Notes: generated by a model not told the origin, from the sequence alone. A stretch of 64,000 bases of DNA from Octopus sinensis (GCF_006345805.1 NC_043015.1:26536001-26600000); one strand, 5' to 3'. Numbered from the stretch's first letter, positions 11,291 through 26,344 are shown. A program made the numbers and translations.

Positions 11291-11631
11291 TATATATGTA
11301 TGTATACATATGTATGTTTGCGTATGTGTGTGTGCATATTTATATGTATATAGATAGGTATACACGCATGCCCACGAACATGTGTATGTGTGAATGTACA
11401 TACATGCATTCATAAACAAATCTGTGATCACACCAGCTCTACCTGTGCCATTGGAGAGGTATTTCGGCAACCTGACCAACTTTCTTAGTCTCTATATAAC
11501 TGGCCATTCATATTATATTAGAGACTTAGTTTAATGTAAGATGTTGACCTCATATTCTATCTACTTTACGCCACTGCAAAGGAAACACATATATTTTCAT
11601 GTGTAAGATAGTGATTTCCTATTTGTGCACA

Positions 11632-11808
11632 AGGCCAGTAATTGTGGGAAAGGGATAAGTCAACTACATTGACCCTAGTGCTCAATTGTTACTTATCTTA
11701 TCGATAATGAGAGGCAAAGTCGAACCATGTGGCATTTGAATTCAGAACGTAAAGATGGACGAAATACCGCTAAGCATTTGGATTGGCATGCTAACAATTC
11801 TCGCTGCT
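11632..11808 (-). mobile_element. Degenerate SINE
   Basis: Similar to 23470-23686 and 26345-26515. Confidence 0.7.
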
Positions 11809-13165
11809 TTTTTTTTTTCTTGAATAGAATATTAGAGAAACAACTTAACACTCAGTACTAGATAATTTCTCAACCGCAGTAATTAATATAGCATACAAGA
11901 GACGTCAGGTCTTTGACCGAGAATGTTACATGTTCTCGTTTGTGGATAAAGAGGCAATCATTTTTAAGAATAATGAATATAGATGACATTTCGTATATGT
12001 GTCACGTGTTTATTCTCAGTATCGAAAAATTTCTCTCTTCAATTGAAAATTACTGATTCTTTGACCCAAGGCTTTACACGTTATTCCCTCACCATACACA
12101 ATCGAGTCGAGAAAGTAATCAATATAGAACATTAATCATGAGCTAATTAACTGAATTAGATGTAAGAATATGATTTGGTTGCAGCAGGAATTTTTCCAGT
12201 TAAAACAGGATACGACTCAGTTCCAAACGGTGGAATATATTATTTCTGTAATTATTTGACAGTTCTTATCATCATTTTGATAGATTTTATTTGAATGAAT
12301 TCATAACGACAAGGACGTTACAGAATCTGATTGTTCAATCATGCTATGGCTATGGTATAAGTCACTTGCCTAAGACTCCGTGCAATAGGACCGAACCGAA
12401 ACCCATGCACTTGCCAAGCGGTGTTCACCACCACGCAGCTATACCTGAGACTACACACCATCTATAAAATTCATTCTGTACGAAAAGTTCTCTATTTCAT
12501 ATGAGTTTTGCTTTCAATAACATTTATTTGACAACTGAGTCACATTTATCTGACAACTTTCCAAGTAGAGTACGAGATATTTATCTTGGTTGCTATTTGA
12601 TACAGTAAATAATGGAATGTTTTTCTTTTTGTGCGAAATGTAATATCAAAAAACCTCTTCGCAGTAGTCAGTCTTGATCACTTCCATTATATCGTCCAAT
12701 CTCTCCTTTGGGGAAATGCAGCATTAACATAACTTACCATATTTCTCTTTGTTTTAGTAATTCAACATCGTTTTTCTTTATTTTTTCCATTGTGGTGGGT
12801 GGATGGTGGGGGTCTATGTGATATTAAATAATAAACAAAACACGAAAAAAAGTAGTAAAATTCATATGCATTTATAATTCTACAGTCACACACAGACACA
12901 CGCGCACACACACGCACACATACGCACACACAAATACATACACACATGTATATAAGAGTACATGACAGGGAAAGATGAGGTATGACTGTGTGATTAAGAA
13001 GTTCGTCTTGCAAGCATGTGGTTTCAGGTTCAGTCTCACTACACTGTACTTTGGGTTATATATTTATATATATATATATACCGGAGTAAACACATAAATG
13101 TGAAACAAGGTGGAAAAAAGAGTACTCAAATACCAGTGGTAGAGTAATATGCTTTATTTATAAAG

Positions 13166-13196
<31 letters not shown>

Positions 13197-13702
13197 TTAG
13201 CCAATAAAAACACGCTCACTATATATTTGGTGTTACTTTGCTTCAGCGTTATTTATTTTTTACATTAATCTTAATCTTATTTCGGCCAGAGTTCTTTCGT
13301 CACACTTCTGTGACCTCATCAGTGGTCCTTTGCTTCCTTCTTTCTTATTTGTGTGTCTCTTCTTACTAACGGTCAGCCATTTTGTATTTCTATTGTATGT
13401 GTCTTCATTTGCGCATGCGTATACTTCTATGTGTGTCTATGTTTAGTTAGTGTGTGTGTGGAGGGAAGTGCCTGTAATATTTGTATCTCCTGTTTATATA
13501 CGTTCGTGTAATTTGTTTTCGTTTTTGTTTATTTTTATTTTGATCATATGTTTACACCTACTTATTATTATTATTATCATTTTTTAATGTATATAGTTAT
13601 TTACTTCCATTTGTTTATTTACACAGATAAATAAACAAATGAAAGTAAATAACTATATACAGTAAAAATAATAATAATAATAATAATAATAATATAATAA
13701 TA

Positions 13703-13744
<42 letters not shown>

Positions 13745-13895
13745 TGATAATAATAATAAACATAGGCACACATAAAGGTATACGCCAAATATATAGAGCG
13801 TGTGTTTTTATTGGCTAAACTGGCAAAATGACCATTCCTAAATACAACAATATCTGTTTCAACACACGATTTCACATAAAATATCTGGCAAAACA
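13197..13895. mobile_element. PLE-like relic (family G) with inverted end segments
   Basis: TTAGCCAATAAAAACACGCTC...ATATATTTGG (from 13197) is inverted at ~13775-13817; contains a hammerhead and an (AAT)n array. Confidence 0.55.
13284..13328 (-). ncRNA. Hammerhead motif, canonical CUGAUGA core
   Basis: GGACCA-CTGATGA-G-GTCACA-GAAG-TGTGAC-GAAA-GAAC-TC-TGGCC: stem I CCA/TGG, 6-bp stem II, CUC triplet. Confidence 0.7.
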
Positions 13896-13904
13896 AATAT
13901 ATAT

Positions 13905-14060
13905 ACCACCTTGACTGATATCCAATCTACAGTGGAGAAGGCTAGCCACTGGATTTGGTTAAAAAGAGACGATGAGCGATGGCTAGAAGTATATTGAGTT
14001 CTTCATAACCAGGTGATCTAGCAAGCGGGGCCTCATATCAGTGAGGGGGGCCGGTGCGCA
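13905..14060 (+). mobile_element. HERO/NeSL-like LINE 3' end
   Basis: TTLTDIQSTVEKASHWIWLKRDDERWLEVY* resembles the AE(K/R)AS.WLW.KR...W C-terminus recalled for HERO-type elements. Confidence 0.55.
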
Positions 14061-14667
14061 TTGATACATATATATATATATATATTACTCTCTTTGTTGT
14101 TACAAGACAGAAATATTCTTTAATGCCCCTCCTCTACCAATTTTGTTTCTTCCAAGTAAGACATACGTTTTTTTTTCCAAAAGTATTTTTGAAAATCATC
14201 CTGGGTCCTATATGTGTTGTTTTAAATATTACAATCTCTAACTGCACCAAACACTTTTCTTACCTGAATATGATGAACTGCTGAAATTGAGTGCTTTTAA
14301 TATTCAAATTTTGAATTTCAAATTTTGGCACAAGGCTAGCAATTTTGTAAAACGGGAGACTCAATTACATCAACCCACAAGGTTCAACAAATAATTTACT
14401 TTATCGCCTCCGAAATGACGACAAGCAAAGTCGATTAATATGACCGCACATCTTTCATACCATCACATGCGGTCTCTTATAATTCCTCGACAAAGATTTC
14501 ACCCAACACTTTTTCCTCTAAATTTCTGTCTTCAGGAGATAATTTCCTCACCACGAGGCATTGGGACCGAATGCATATTTAGTTGCCAGACATGTTAAAA
14601 ATAGCAGTTAATGTTTAATCAATTCACTAGAAAAATGCTTGATTCTGTTTCAATACTAGTGACGAGG

Positions 14668-14688
14668 GTAGTAGTAGTAGTAGTAGTT

Positions 14689-14778
<90 letters not shown>
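14668..14778. repeat. (GTA)n microsatellite
   Basis: Directly visible. Confidence 0.97.
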
Positions 14779-15862
14779 CCGCTATAGTTCTTGTCCAGCC
14801 TCCGTCTTCATTCAGCAGGCGCTTAAGCAAAAGTGATCTAACGTTGAACAGCCTGTCCTTGCGAAGAGAATGTTTTGCAGTGAACGCACTTATAGAAAAG
14901 TGGTTAGGAAGTTCGCTTTGAGATCCTGCTCTCCAAGGTTGAATCCCATTCCATATTTCTTTTAACTTTAGGAAACCCGAATTTGGAATTCGATGGGCAT
15001 CATATAAGTGACAAACTGTTGAGATTTTCTCTGTAATTCAAAGACCAAACCTTGTCACGTGTTGAGTCACATGGACTGGCACCAAAATTACATTAAGGAT
15101 ACACGCGTCTGTGAAATACTCAACCATTTATTTGGTTTGTGAACATGGAAGCAGTTCACTTATCAAACAATTGGGTAATCCTCATGGAAGCCAACAGAAG
15201 ACTCATCAAGTAATATAACCCTCCATTACTTAAGTCATTACTGTATGAATGAAGTAATTTGGCTGATATTTCTAGCTAATGAAACCTGCACAGGTTTCAT
15301 CTGCCGTAGTCATTGTCGTTATAGTTATGTATGGTGTTGTTGTTGTTATTGCCGATATTTCTTTTCCTATAATTGTTGGTGTTAATCTTAGTAATAGTTT
15401 CTGTTGCTATTATTGTTAATCATGTTCGTATTCTCGGTTTTCTTATTATTCTTGATGTCGTTATTATCGCTAATGTTGTTGTTGTTATTTATGCTTTGGT
15501 TGTTGAGGTTATTGTTGTATTCCATTAAATGATGGATTCAAAATGTTTGCGTGTTGGCAACGATAGCGTGAATACAAAATGAATATAAATGATGATAAAA
15601 TTAATCCACGAATGGTGATTTGATTCGATTCAACACCAATTCAATGCGCAAACAAATACAATAACACAAAATAATAAAACAAAACATAATTCAAACTGAA
15701 ACAAATACATCAAATAAAACAACAGAACAAAACCGTTCATAAAAAGAAAACAAAATAAAAAAACATTATTTGCGAACAAATGGAACTAAATGACGTCGGT
15801 TTGCTTTCCAGTCATTCGTGGCGGAGAAATTTTTCCCCGGTCACACAAAACTAAATTGTATC

Positions 15863-15924
<62 letters not shown>

Positions 15925-17865
15925 CGTACATACATGTATGCATGTATATTTACATACTTACATACCACTATAGGAAAGCGTATATGAAAGACCTTATTGA
16001 CAAGACCAACTCATGCATTTGTGTGTATGTGTGTTGTGCATAAGTGTGTGTGTGTGTGTTTGAATTCGATACTCCGTATATTGAGTGCCCACTTTTTGGA
16101 ATCTGGCACTTTAATGATAATTGTAAATTACATTTAGTAGTCAATACCATAAATATCGATTCGTATGAATTGAGTCGATCCATACTTCGTTTGACATAAA
16201 TATTCAATGGTAACGAAATGTTCTCAAGAATAATCTTATTCGTTATGTTACAATAAAATTATAACATCTATACGTGTACGTTTATCTGTTGTGTGGGGTG
16301 CGATGTTACGTTAATGATGTAACTGCATGCAGGAAGGCAAACTACGAAACAGTTGTAAGCATAAATAGGAATAAATATTTATTACCTCTTATTTTCTCGG
16401 AAAAAACATGACTTCATGTATATATATGTGGGCGTGTGAGTGTGTGTATCTGTGTATGTATGATTGTGTGTATGTGTACACATATATATAGATGAATATT
16501 TATTTGTATGTAGTATATATATATATATGGGGGTATATGTGCGTGTATTGATTATTTAACATTCAATTATGGAAGGAAATTTAGTTAATGTCACTAATGG
16601 AACGAAATAATGATTTCTTTCGGTGTAGAAATGGTAAACCTAAATCCTCAAAGAATTACAAATATGTGGCTAGCGACGTATTTCATATTTTACAACATAT
16701 ATATTCAACCAATGTACAGCACATGAATGCTTATAGTTTATATGTTTGCTTATAGACACACGTATATGTATTCAGTCATACAAACACACACACACGCACG
16801 CACACACGCACACATCCACACATGCACACACGCACGCACGTACACAAACACACACACACACATATATATACTCATAAATCAGTATACATACAAACTCGCA
16901 TACATAGTTACATCCATGCAGACACACTAGACTGACTTAAAGAAAGTGAGACAAACATATATAACATGAGTATATATATGTATGTGTGTGTGTGTGTATT
17001 TGTGTGTGTGTGTGTGTGTGTGTGTGTGATGCAAAATTTAGTAACTGAGGCACTTCACGAATTCTGTTTGCCCTTTCTGAATTCTATTTAGAATTCTTCG
17101 TCACCAAACTAAAATGTTAAGAGTCTCACAGGAAGTCTTTTGACATTTCTCTACGGTGCTTTTTCTTAAACCAATTTCTAGTTGAAATTTGCAAGAAAAG
17201 AAACTTTAATTCTATTAAATACAAGGGTTTCGCTTGTTTTTGTTTTTTTTTTTTGTGTGTATTTTTGGTATCTGTACTTAATATGTTGCATCTGTCAGCC
17301 TTTGCGTCAATGTGGGTGTTTACAACGCGAAGGTCATTTTATCACTAACAACAAATGTAATTCCTATATTTTCTTTCTTAATATAATACACAGTCAACTA
17401 GTTAAGTAATTAGCTAATTAACAAAGCAATTGCCTGAATAATTGTTTCATTAAAGTCCCTTCATAATTAAAAACCATCTTAGCAATGAGAGATTTCTGTT
17501 TTGCTGCAGTTTTCGTAGACATGAGTATACAGCGAAATTACGAAATTTGTATAAAATACTCAATGATATAAAAACATTTCATTAGAATTCTGAAAGTGAG
17601 CCTTTTTTGTTACATGTCACTTGAAAACATTGGCTGTTTCACATTGAACATGAGCATTTAGGAAAACAAAACGGAAACAGCCGACATTGTCAAATGATAT
17701 CGACTTATTTTCCTAAGTTCTCTTTATACACACGATGAGCTAGTTTGCCGAAACTTCGGTGACATTGTCAATTCTATTCTAAAGAACAATAAAGCTGTAC
17801 TCTAGCAAATGTATTGAGTAATCATTCAAATTAATTATTTTTTGATTATAAGAGAAAAGCAAACA

Positions 17866-17937
<72 letters not shown>

Positions 17938-17959
17938 CGTAAACGAGCGAAACTTCGAC

Positions 17960-18029
<70 letters not shown>

Positions 18030-18059
18030 ATTGATTATAACATAAGTTTGAACCATTTG

Positions 18060-18370
18060 GCCAGTAATTTTCTTTGGAGGAAGAAACATGCAGCCGTTCA
18101 CTTCATGTGAGGTGTATGCTACCGTCGACACGTCTCCATTATTTTAGACTCTTCTCTGCATTTTCTATTTCTTTCCAGTTGGATTACAGTTTTTACAGCT
18201 CTACCTTAGTATCACACCTCCACGTATTTGTAGGATGTGCTCCCTTCCACATTCCTTGTGCATTCCAGTCAGGTCTGACGTGTAATGTAGGATGTGGCTT
18301 TTGTTAAGATTTGACCTTACCGTTCTCACCCTTCGCCGTCTGTTCTCACGTCTTGTACAAGCCTTCATTT
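18060..18370 (-). mobile_element. Possible highly degraded R4/Dong-like LINE fragment ending near (AAT)n at 17960-18027
   Basis: Weak motif similarity only (YKY..., H.P...RL...), plus position next to (AAT)n. Confidence 0.3.
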
Positions 18371-18479
18371 CTTATCTATCCCTCTAATTTAAAGAATACA
18401 CTTTCGATAGTCATTGATGAAGGTGTGTATCTTTTTTAGGGGGAGAGAGGTCTTTTTCGTTCTTCTCCATGTCTCTTAT

Positions 18480-19478
18480 TTGTAGCGAAGGATGGACTTC
18501 ACAGTTGAGTTAGCATCAAACACTTCAAATACTTTTACTCGGTGAATATAGAGTCTGGGTCACTTGTAACAGTAATTAAATCATTTCAGAATGGGTTGGT
18601 GACATGAGTCAATATCGATGATGACATTCCTAAACAGAATATTCTCTTGCAAGATGACTTCCTTACCCCAACGCTCTTTTCTTTGCACTTTGTTCTTACT
18701 CTCATTCATGCTTTTGCTGCAGATTGATTTTCTGGAATATCTGTGAAGTACCGAACTTTGGGGTGTACCTTCAACTTGCGTTCAGTCCAAATGCATTTCA
18801 GACATTTTTTATGAATATGTTTGCGACTCTTAATTCTCGTATTGGGTCCCAACAGAGCATCGCGAGACAAACAAAAGGCTCTGTACCGTGCGTCCTGCTG
18901 AGGTTCTCCTTTATTCATGAAATATAAGCCATTTATAAACATCTGACATATTCTGAATGTTGGCTGGTCGTTGCAGTGTTCTTGAAGGGAGCCGAAGTCC
19001 TCAACATTGGAAGCGATGGTGCACAAGCAACATTTGTACTCGATACAACAACTTGCTCGGATGAATAATTTGAGGATCTCTAAGCAGATGCTACAGGGCA
19101 AACGAACTTCTCTGTGAAAGTGCCCCTAACAGAAACCACAACTATTATTTAATTACTGCGTAATTTCCTCGTCGCACCAATTGCGAAAGCAACTCTTCTC
19201 ATCGGCACAAATGGAGGAAACAAGTCAAGAAAGAAATGGATATCTTCGTAAAACGCACATTTTTGATGTAGAATTTAAACGAGATGCTCTAAAAAGCACG
19301 GTCAATGTAGAGGACGAGGGAAGCTTGGTCTGCAATTTGTGTCTTCACGGGAGAATATTTATCAAGAGCTGGGTTCATTAGTCACCAACGGAGAAAGAAG
19401 TGTAAAGTAAAAATTTGAGAGTACAATGTTCTAAATGATCAGAGATGGTCGTCCTTGATCACGAGCGGACAGGCACCA
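18480..19478 (+). mobile_element. RTE (Bov-B-like) LINE fragment: RT, C-terminus and 3' end
   Basis: Manual translation across frameshifts: VIKSFQNGL, LTPTLFF, GISVKYRTLGCTFNLR, LARMNNLRISKQML, HRHKWRKQV, LVCNLC...SRAGFISHQR; 3' end similar to 37020-37060. Confidence 0.75.
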
Positions 19479-19661
19479 TATATATACGTGTGAGCATGTG
19501 TATGTGTGTGTGTGTTTGCGCTTGAGGGTGTGTGTATGTTTGAATGTATGTATGGGTGTATGTAAATATAGACCTAGATATAGATATGGTTATAGACAGG
19601 TAGATGTATCATCTACCTATATATCTACCTATCTATTTATCTATATATCAATATATATATA

Positions 19662-19711
<50 letters not shown>

Positions 19712-19737
19712 AAGTGAAATATATACGAGTGGAAATA

Positions 19738-20990
19738 TATATGAAAGAAGGTTTGAAAATGCAATTTTAAAAGATGTTTATTCACTTGACCGGTTTCACT
19801 TTTTTAGAAAAAGATTGTCAAAAGTTACATGTAAAAGCTTTGTTGTGTTAAGTACGGGTTGTCACAAAATATTACAATACATAAATACATTCTTTGCTAA
19901 TAATAAGAAAATGTTAAAAACAGTTTACAAGGAAAAATCTTGAGAAAATATAAAAAAGTTCATTAGAAATATTAGGATTTCATTAAAAATAAGATTGTCA
20001 ACGGTAAAATGTGAAAGTTGTGTAAGAGCTTTGTTGTGTTAAGTATTGGTCGTCACAAAAAATTACAAGACATATATACATTCTTTGATAATAATAAGAA
20101 AATGTTAAAAACAGTTTACAGGAAGAATCTTGAGAAAATATTAAAAAGTTCATAAAAAATATTAGGATTTCATTAAAAATCATATTTGCTTGGAAGTATC
20201 TATATATATACGCAGAAAATTATAAGTTGAAAAAGGTGATATTTTGGTGGTATATATATACACAGAAGGAGATATATTTAAGAGTTTTCAAAGAATTTGA
20301 GATGGACTGACCTGTTTCACCATTTTATCTTAAAAGGCTATTTTCTATTTTAAGGGAGTGTGGAAGATTGGTTTGGGTGGGGGATGGAAGAGCAATGTGG
20401 AATTGAAAGCAATTTTTTTTCGCTTTCAAGGTTTAGTGGTTTTGGGGATTGGTCTTTAGCGGTCAGAATGGTGTGAGTGTGTGTATCTCTGCGTGTGTGT
20501 ATATACATGTGTTTGTGTTTGTGTGGGTTGATTTTGATTGGTTCCAAGGTTTATTGTGGTGTATTTAAATGTGACTGTGTGTGTTTAATATTTGGTAGGA
20601 TGGTGTGTGTGTATGTGTGCACGTTTGTGTGTGTGTGTGTATGTGTGTGATTAATATTTGTTAGGGTGTTGTGTGTGCGCATGGGTGTGTTTATGTGTTT
20701 GTTCGCGTGTGTGTATGTGTGCGTATGTGTGTGCGCGCAAGTATGCTTGTATGTTTTTAAATGTTGGTGGGGATGTTATGTGTGTGTAGGTGAGTGTGTG
20801 TGTATCTTTGTCTTACTATGTTTGTGTTGTTATGATTGTCTTGATGTTGTCTGTATGTGTATTCCCACTAACACAAACACATAAACACATACATGCGCAC
20901 ACACAACACCATAACAAATACCAATCACGCACATACATACACACACATAATACCAAGACAATCATAACAAAAACCTTCTTTCATACATAT
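19738..20990 (-). mobile_element. PLE family A relic (diverged): CA-rich spacer plus pLTR
   Basis: 19738-20440 is homologous to 655-1382; 20645-20760 resembles 1-130; ~180-bp internal duplication; short inverted terminal piece near 20970-20985. Confidence 0.7.
19784..19825 (-). ncRNA. Hammerhead motif, U3:A8 core (family A)
   Basis: ACTT-TTGACAA-TCTTTTTCTAAAAAAGT-GAAA-CCG-GTC-AAGT (GUC triplet). Confidence 0.65.
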
Positions 20991-21529
20991 ATATATATAT
21001 ATGAATAAAGAGATGGGGTGGAGCGTAAGCATGGCGGTGTGATTAAGTAGCTCGTTTAGCAGTCACGTGGGCTTGGCTTCAGTGTCTTCTGTAGCTCTAC
21101 ACTGGTTAATGATTTATCAGGAAATTTTGTTGACAGAAACTGCGCAGAAGCCCTTGTTTTATAGATACGTGTATGTGTGTATCTGTGTGTGTATGTATGT
21201 GTGTGCACGTATTTGTGTTTGTCGCCCTCCACCACCACCACCAACGCTTGACTACCGGTGTTGGTTTGTGTACTGTCCTGTATCTTTGCGGTTTAGCAAA
21301 ATTGTATTCATGTCGTTTTCGCCCAGTCATCGTCGCATGATTGAAACAAGTAAAATATTGTGTGTGTATGTATGTGTGTGTGTGTGTATACACGTATTGC
21401 CACATGAATGTTCAGAAAGAGGAGAATTCCAGCTGTATGATAAGATTTGGTAGCCGATACCCGGTGAGGAGCTTTCGAAAGCACACAATAAAATTATCAA
21501 CCAGATTATGTGTGTGTGTGTGTGTATGT

Positions 21530-21570
<41 letters not shown>

Positions 21571-21800
21571 TGTGTGTGTGTGTGTTTCGAATGACGCGCC
21601 ATATTCCTTTTCCACCCGTATTCATTTGTCTTGCCTGTTTACCTACAAAGCCATCCGCAATCAAAATGTAACGTTTCAATTCTATATTTCATTTTCTAGC
21701 CATCGTACTTCTCATTATTCTTATCACTGGCGTCGTTGTTGCTGCTAATTCTGCTGGTGCCGCTGATGCTGCTGCTACTACTACAACTACCACCACCACC

Positions 21801-21878
<78 letters not shown>

Positions 21879-22269
21879 GCTACTGCTACTACTACTGCAG
21901 CTGCAGCTGCTGCTGATGCTACTGTTTAAGTCGAGTATATATAATAGGTTCTAGTGGAACATATGTGTAAATGTAATTTGTCAAATCCCCCACTTTCTAT
22001 ATTTATCAAGATTTTTCATCGGGGGAAATTAATTTAAACGTTTCCAGCAATTTACCGCTCAACACGCCATATATCATAGATGACTCCGACAGTACGACAA
22101 TCACTCATTGAGAACTTGATTTATTATACCTGCTGGAGACAGGTGTTTTTCATATATATGTGTGTGTGTGTCTGCGCGCGCGCGTGTTCTTATAGCATTT
22201 TTGCTATTAGTGTTCTACATATGTGATTATGTTTTATATATATGTATATATGTATATATGTATATATGA

Positions 22270-22328
<59 letters not shown>

Positions 22329-22899
22329 ACCAATTTCTCAATCTCTGCCTGTCTTTCTCTCTCACACGCACACACACGCGCACACACTTTCTCATGTCCT
22401 CCCTTTTTCTCAGTAGATCTAATCAAAATAGATGCTTTACGTAGTATGTTCCATGTAGACGAAACGACAAATGTACAAAGCGAAAAGAAAATGTTTTGTT
22501 CAACAATGAATGGCTACGTTGCTTGGTCAAAGTATGACTGTTAATCTCAAAGAATGATTGACACAAGGTAATCGATGTATTTCTGATCTATCGATTGAAT
22601 CGCTCACTTTCTGACCCCAGTTTAGTTTCGTTCATTAAATAATCGTAACATATTACTGATTCTAGCAAATAAATATTTAGCTATATAAAATCGACCTCAA
22701 GAGGAATTTGATCTTAAGACATAAGAATGAGTCTGAAATACCACAAGGTCTTTTGCCTAACACTCTACCGAACAGACTTCTCCCTCATAATGCTGGTTTT
22801 CGTTTTTGGTAGCGATTTCAATAGAGTGGGGGTAAATCTGGTACTTGTTTTATCGATCCGGAGGATGAAAAGCTAGGTCAACGTTAGCAATACGTGAAC

Positions 22900-23070
22900 T
22901 CAGATTTCGTCCATCTTTACGTTCTGAGTTCAAATTCCGCCGAGGTCGACTTTCCCTTTCATTCTTTCGGGGTCGATGAATTAAGTACCAGCTGCGCACT
23001 GGAGTCGATCTAATCGACTGGCCCCCTACCCAAAAATTTCGGGCCTTGTGCCTAGACTTGAAAAGAAAAG
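22900..23070 (+). mobile_element. SINE (5'-truncated)
   Basis: GTTCTGAGTTCAAATTCCGCCGAGGTCGACTTT... shared with 52954-53155 and 58960-59125. Confidence 0.85.
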
Positions 23071-23279
23071 AATATATGAACTCAGAATATGTAAACCTCT
23101 CTCATATTAACAATTGTTTCAAATTTGTTAGAAATCAAGGGGTCTTAGATTAGGATTATAGACGATATCAACGGACCCGGCCATTCACTGGCAACTTACA
23201 TTCTATTAACCTCGTAAAAGCAAGAGGTAAAGTTTACCTCGGTAGGATTTGAACTCAGAAATGAAACAAACGGAAGAAA

Positions 23280-23686
23280 AAGGATAAAGTATAAATTTCT
23301 TTATTGCCCACAGTGGGCTAAACACAGAGGGGACAAACAAGGACAGATAAAAGGATTAAGTCGACCTCAGTGCGTAACTGGTACTTATTTTATCGACTCC
23401 AAAAGGATGAAAGGCAAAGTCGACCTCGGCGGAATTTGAACTCAGAATGTAACGACAGACGAAATTCCTATTTATTTACTACCCACAGAGAGGACAAACA
23501 AGGAGAGACAAACGGATTAAGTTGACTACATCGACCCCAATGCGTAACTGGTACTTAATTTATCGACGCCGAAAGGATGAAAGGCAAAGTCGACCTCGGC
23601 GGAATTTGAACTCAGGACGTAACGGCAGACGAAATACCGCTAAGCATTTCGCATTGTGTGCTAACGATTCTGCCAGCTCGCCGCCC
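23280..23686 (-). mobile_element. SINE with tandemly duplicated 3' portion
   Basis: Head GGCGGCGAGCTGGCAGAATCGTTAGC at 23686; ~180-bp unit repeated (23290-23470 / 23470-23640). Confidence 0.85.
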
Positions 23687-25221
23687 CTGACAGCATAAAT
23701 TATAACAGTGACATCGTTTGTGTCTACAGAAATTGCCTTCTATCTCTGGATTAGGGAGATGTCTTCGGTGTATAATCAACAAGACCCGGAAAAGGAAATC
23801 ATACAGAATGTGGGTGATATCTTACCCTTCATAAACCGTGTCTTTAAAGCCAAGTGATTCTTATATTTGTCCTTCTTTCTTGAACAGCGAGGAAGATGCT
23901 ACGAAATATAAACCATTAGGCCTCCATAAATAATCGATAAAACGTACGTTAAGTAATAATACTCAACACTGAGCATTGCTTCGATTGACCTCATTTAATT
24001 AGCTTAACATCATAAGATTCATACAGAATCTGCTCTACAAAGTTTTACATGAAGTAGTAATTATTCTTCACAGATATTTCTATTCTCAAGCGCTATGGCA
24101 AATATACCTCCAGCGACATTACAAAAAAGGCATGCAAACCTCTATACAAACACTTTTGCCAAAATTTACAACTCTGTAATTATCAAATTTATGAACTTTC
24201 AGTTAGTCATTGAGTATCCTCAGAACGTTTCCATTTCTATGTCCGCGAAAAAATTTAACGCCTTTCCGACGGCTTATATAGTAACGTACCTCATCGCAAA
24301 GAATTTATTGCCTCTGTATCTCTTCATCTTACTCCATTACCATTAGGCCTCAGTGATAAATTCTGAACAGAGAAAAGAAATATCGTAATCAAGGGTTTTG
24401 AACAGAGAAGCTAGAATCGTAATAGGATGTAGAAGAATGAACCAATACGGTTCAGATATTAAATCAGTGAGGTGACAATTTTGTTTCTCTTTCCATTTCG
24501 ACTATTTTTATTTTCCATGGTCATTTATGCGATAATTATGAAATACGTTTAAAAGATTTTATGAAAATAATTGATATGTCCGTATGTCACGCATTGAAAC
24601 CACAAATTGTAAGGGATTCGTAGGTTGTGTCTTGGTCATATTTGAATTCAGTGGAGAACATCCCTTTCAATGAAAACAGAAACAAAGGAATAGCGAAATC
24701 AAGAATTGGTCCAGTGCTCGACTGGTAAATTATTCAGCAACCCCGGGAGGATGTAAAGCAGAGTGGACATCAGCAGCACTTGAAATTGAGAAAAAAGGGG
24801 GAAAAGACGAACGCCCAGAATATAATCTATTGGCCACCTGTTATACTCACACGTGTGTGGGGGTTCATGCATCAGCATGCAGCGTGTGTGTGTGTATGTG
24901 CATGCGCCTGTGTGCCTCTCTATATGTGTGCCTGTGTGTCTGTGTGCCCATATGTGTGTGTGTGCATGCGCGAACACACATACGTATGTGTGTTTTTGAT
25001 GGCCAGAAAGTGGATCTTCCTCTCTTAAGGAGAGATTCTTAAACTATAACCAAGGATGAGCATAAAGATAGCTTTCCACAAATAAATAAAAGGGAACAAT
25101 TAATAAAAGACAATGAAATATTAATAAATAGGAAATATTAATGAAATAATGAAATAATGAAATAAGACACTCCGAGGTCTTGTAACGAGGAGGATCCGTA
25201 CTATATATACACAAACACACG

Positions 25222-25257
<36 letters not shown>

Positions 25258-26344
25258 ATATATATATTATATTATATTATATTATATTAGAGATAAAACC
25301 ACTATTAGGCAAATAAAACAGTGAAAATCATAAGCCAATACATAGAAAAAAATTAATTAAAAAACATAAAATATAAAAAATATAAAATTCCAAATTAAAT
25401 TAAAGTTAAAATCTAAAATTATATTTAAGATCTTTAAACTTTAATATTTTATAAATCTTATGGTGCAATAATATTGTTTTTATGTAAATATCGTTGTTTA
25501 TGTAATGATCTAATTATCGTAATTTTCTATATAATTATTAGATATTAACTTTAAGTTTATTCGTAAGAATTTACTTAGCGATAGATATGTTGTTTGATAG
25601 TAAGTATACGAGTTGTTTAAAGTTAGATTTATGTATATACATGTATTAATAGCATTAATTGTAGTTTTAAATTTCTTATAATTATTATTTTAACTTATAT
25701 ATTGTCTTTTTAAATTGATATTTGCTAGTTTTATTATTCCCATTGATAAATATATTTATAGTATTTATTTGATACTATATAACTACGAATTAATTATTTC
25801 TTTAAGTATTTTAAATATAAGATTTCTGAAAGTTATTATTTAGCCAACGAGATATAAAGATAGTTAATTTGCTATAGCGTTCGTTTAAGATTGTTTGTTT
25901 GTATTTTTGAAATTAGCTATTTCATCTTTAAATATGAAAAATTAATTTATTAGGTCTTTCTTATATGTGCATATATATTTCTTTATAGAGATTATTTTAG
26001 ATCTTAATTATAATATTTATATACATTTATATATTTTCATTGATAATTTATATATTATTTAAATTTTATATTTTTAATAATATAATAGTTATTTTTGTAA
26101 AATATTTATGTAATTAGATATTGACTATTACTGATATTAGATTATTGGTGGGTTTCTTACCTTAAAAATTAATACTTAAAAATTAAAATTAATATTTAAC
26201 ATTATAATCGATGTTTTGATATAATCATAATCGTGAAGTTTCTAGTTTGATAATAGAGTTTTTTATAAGTAAAATTATTATTATTTTTTTTTATCTAGTT
26301 TCAGCTCACGAGCTGTGGCCATGCTGGGGCACCGCCATTTAAAG

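Noticed and set aside
18706-19101. Cys-rich 131-aa minus-strand ORF as a zinc-finger protein
   Set aside because: It is the antisense frame of an RTE reverse-transcriptase relic on the plus strand.
25450-26290. Nuclear mitochondrial insertion (NUMT)
   Set aside because: AT content is similar, but I found no recognisable mitochondrial gene frame, and it shares termini and a hammerhead with a second dispersed copy. A BLAST against mtDNA would settle it.
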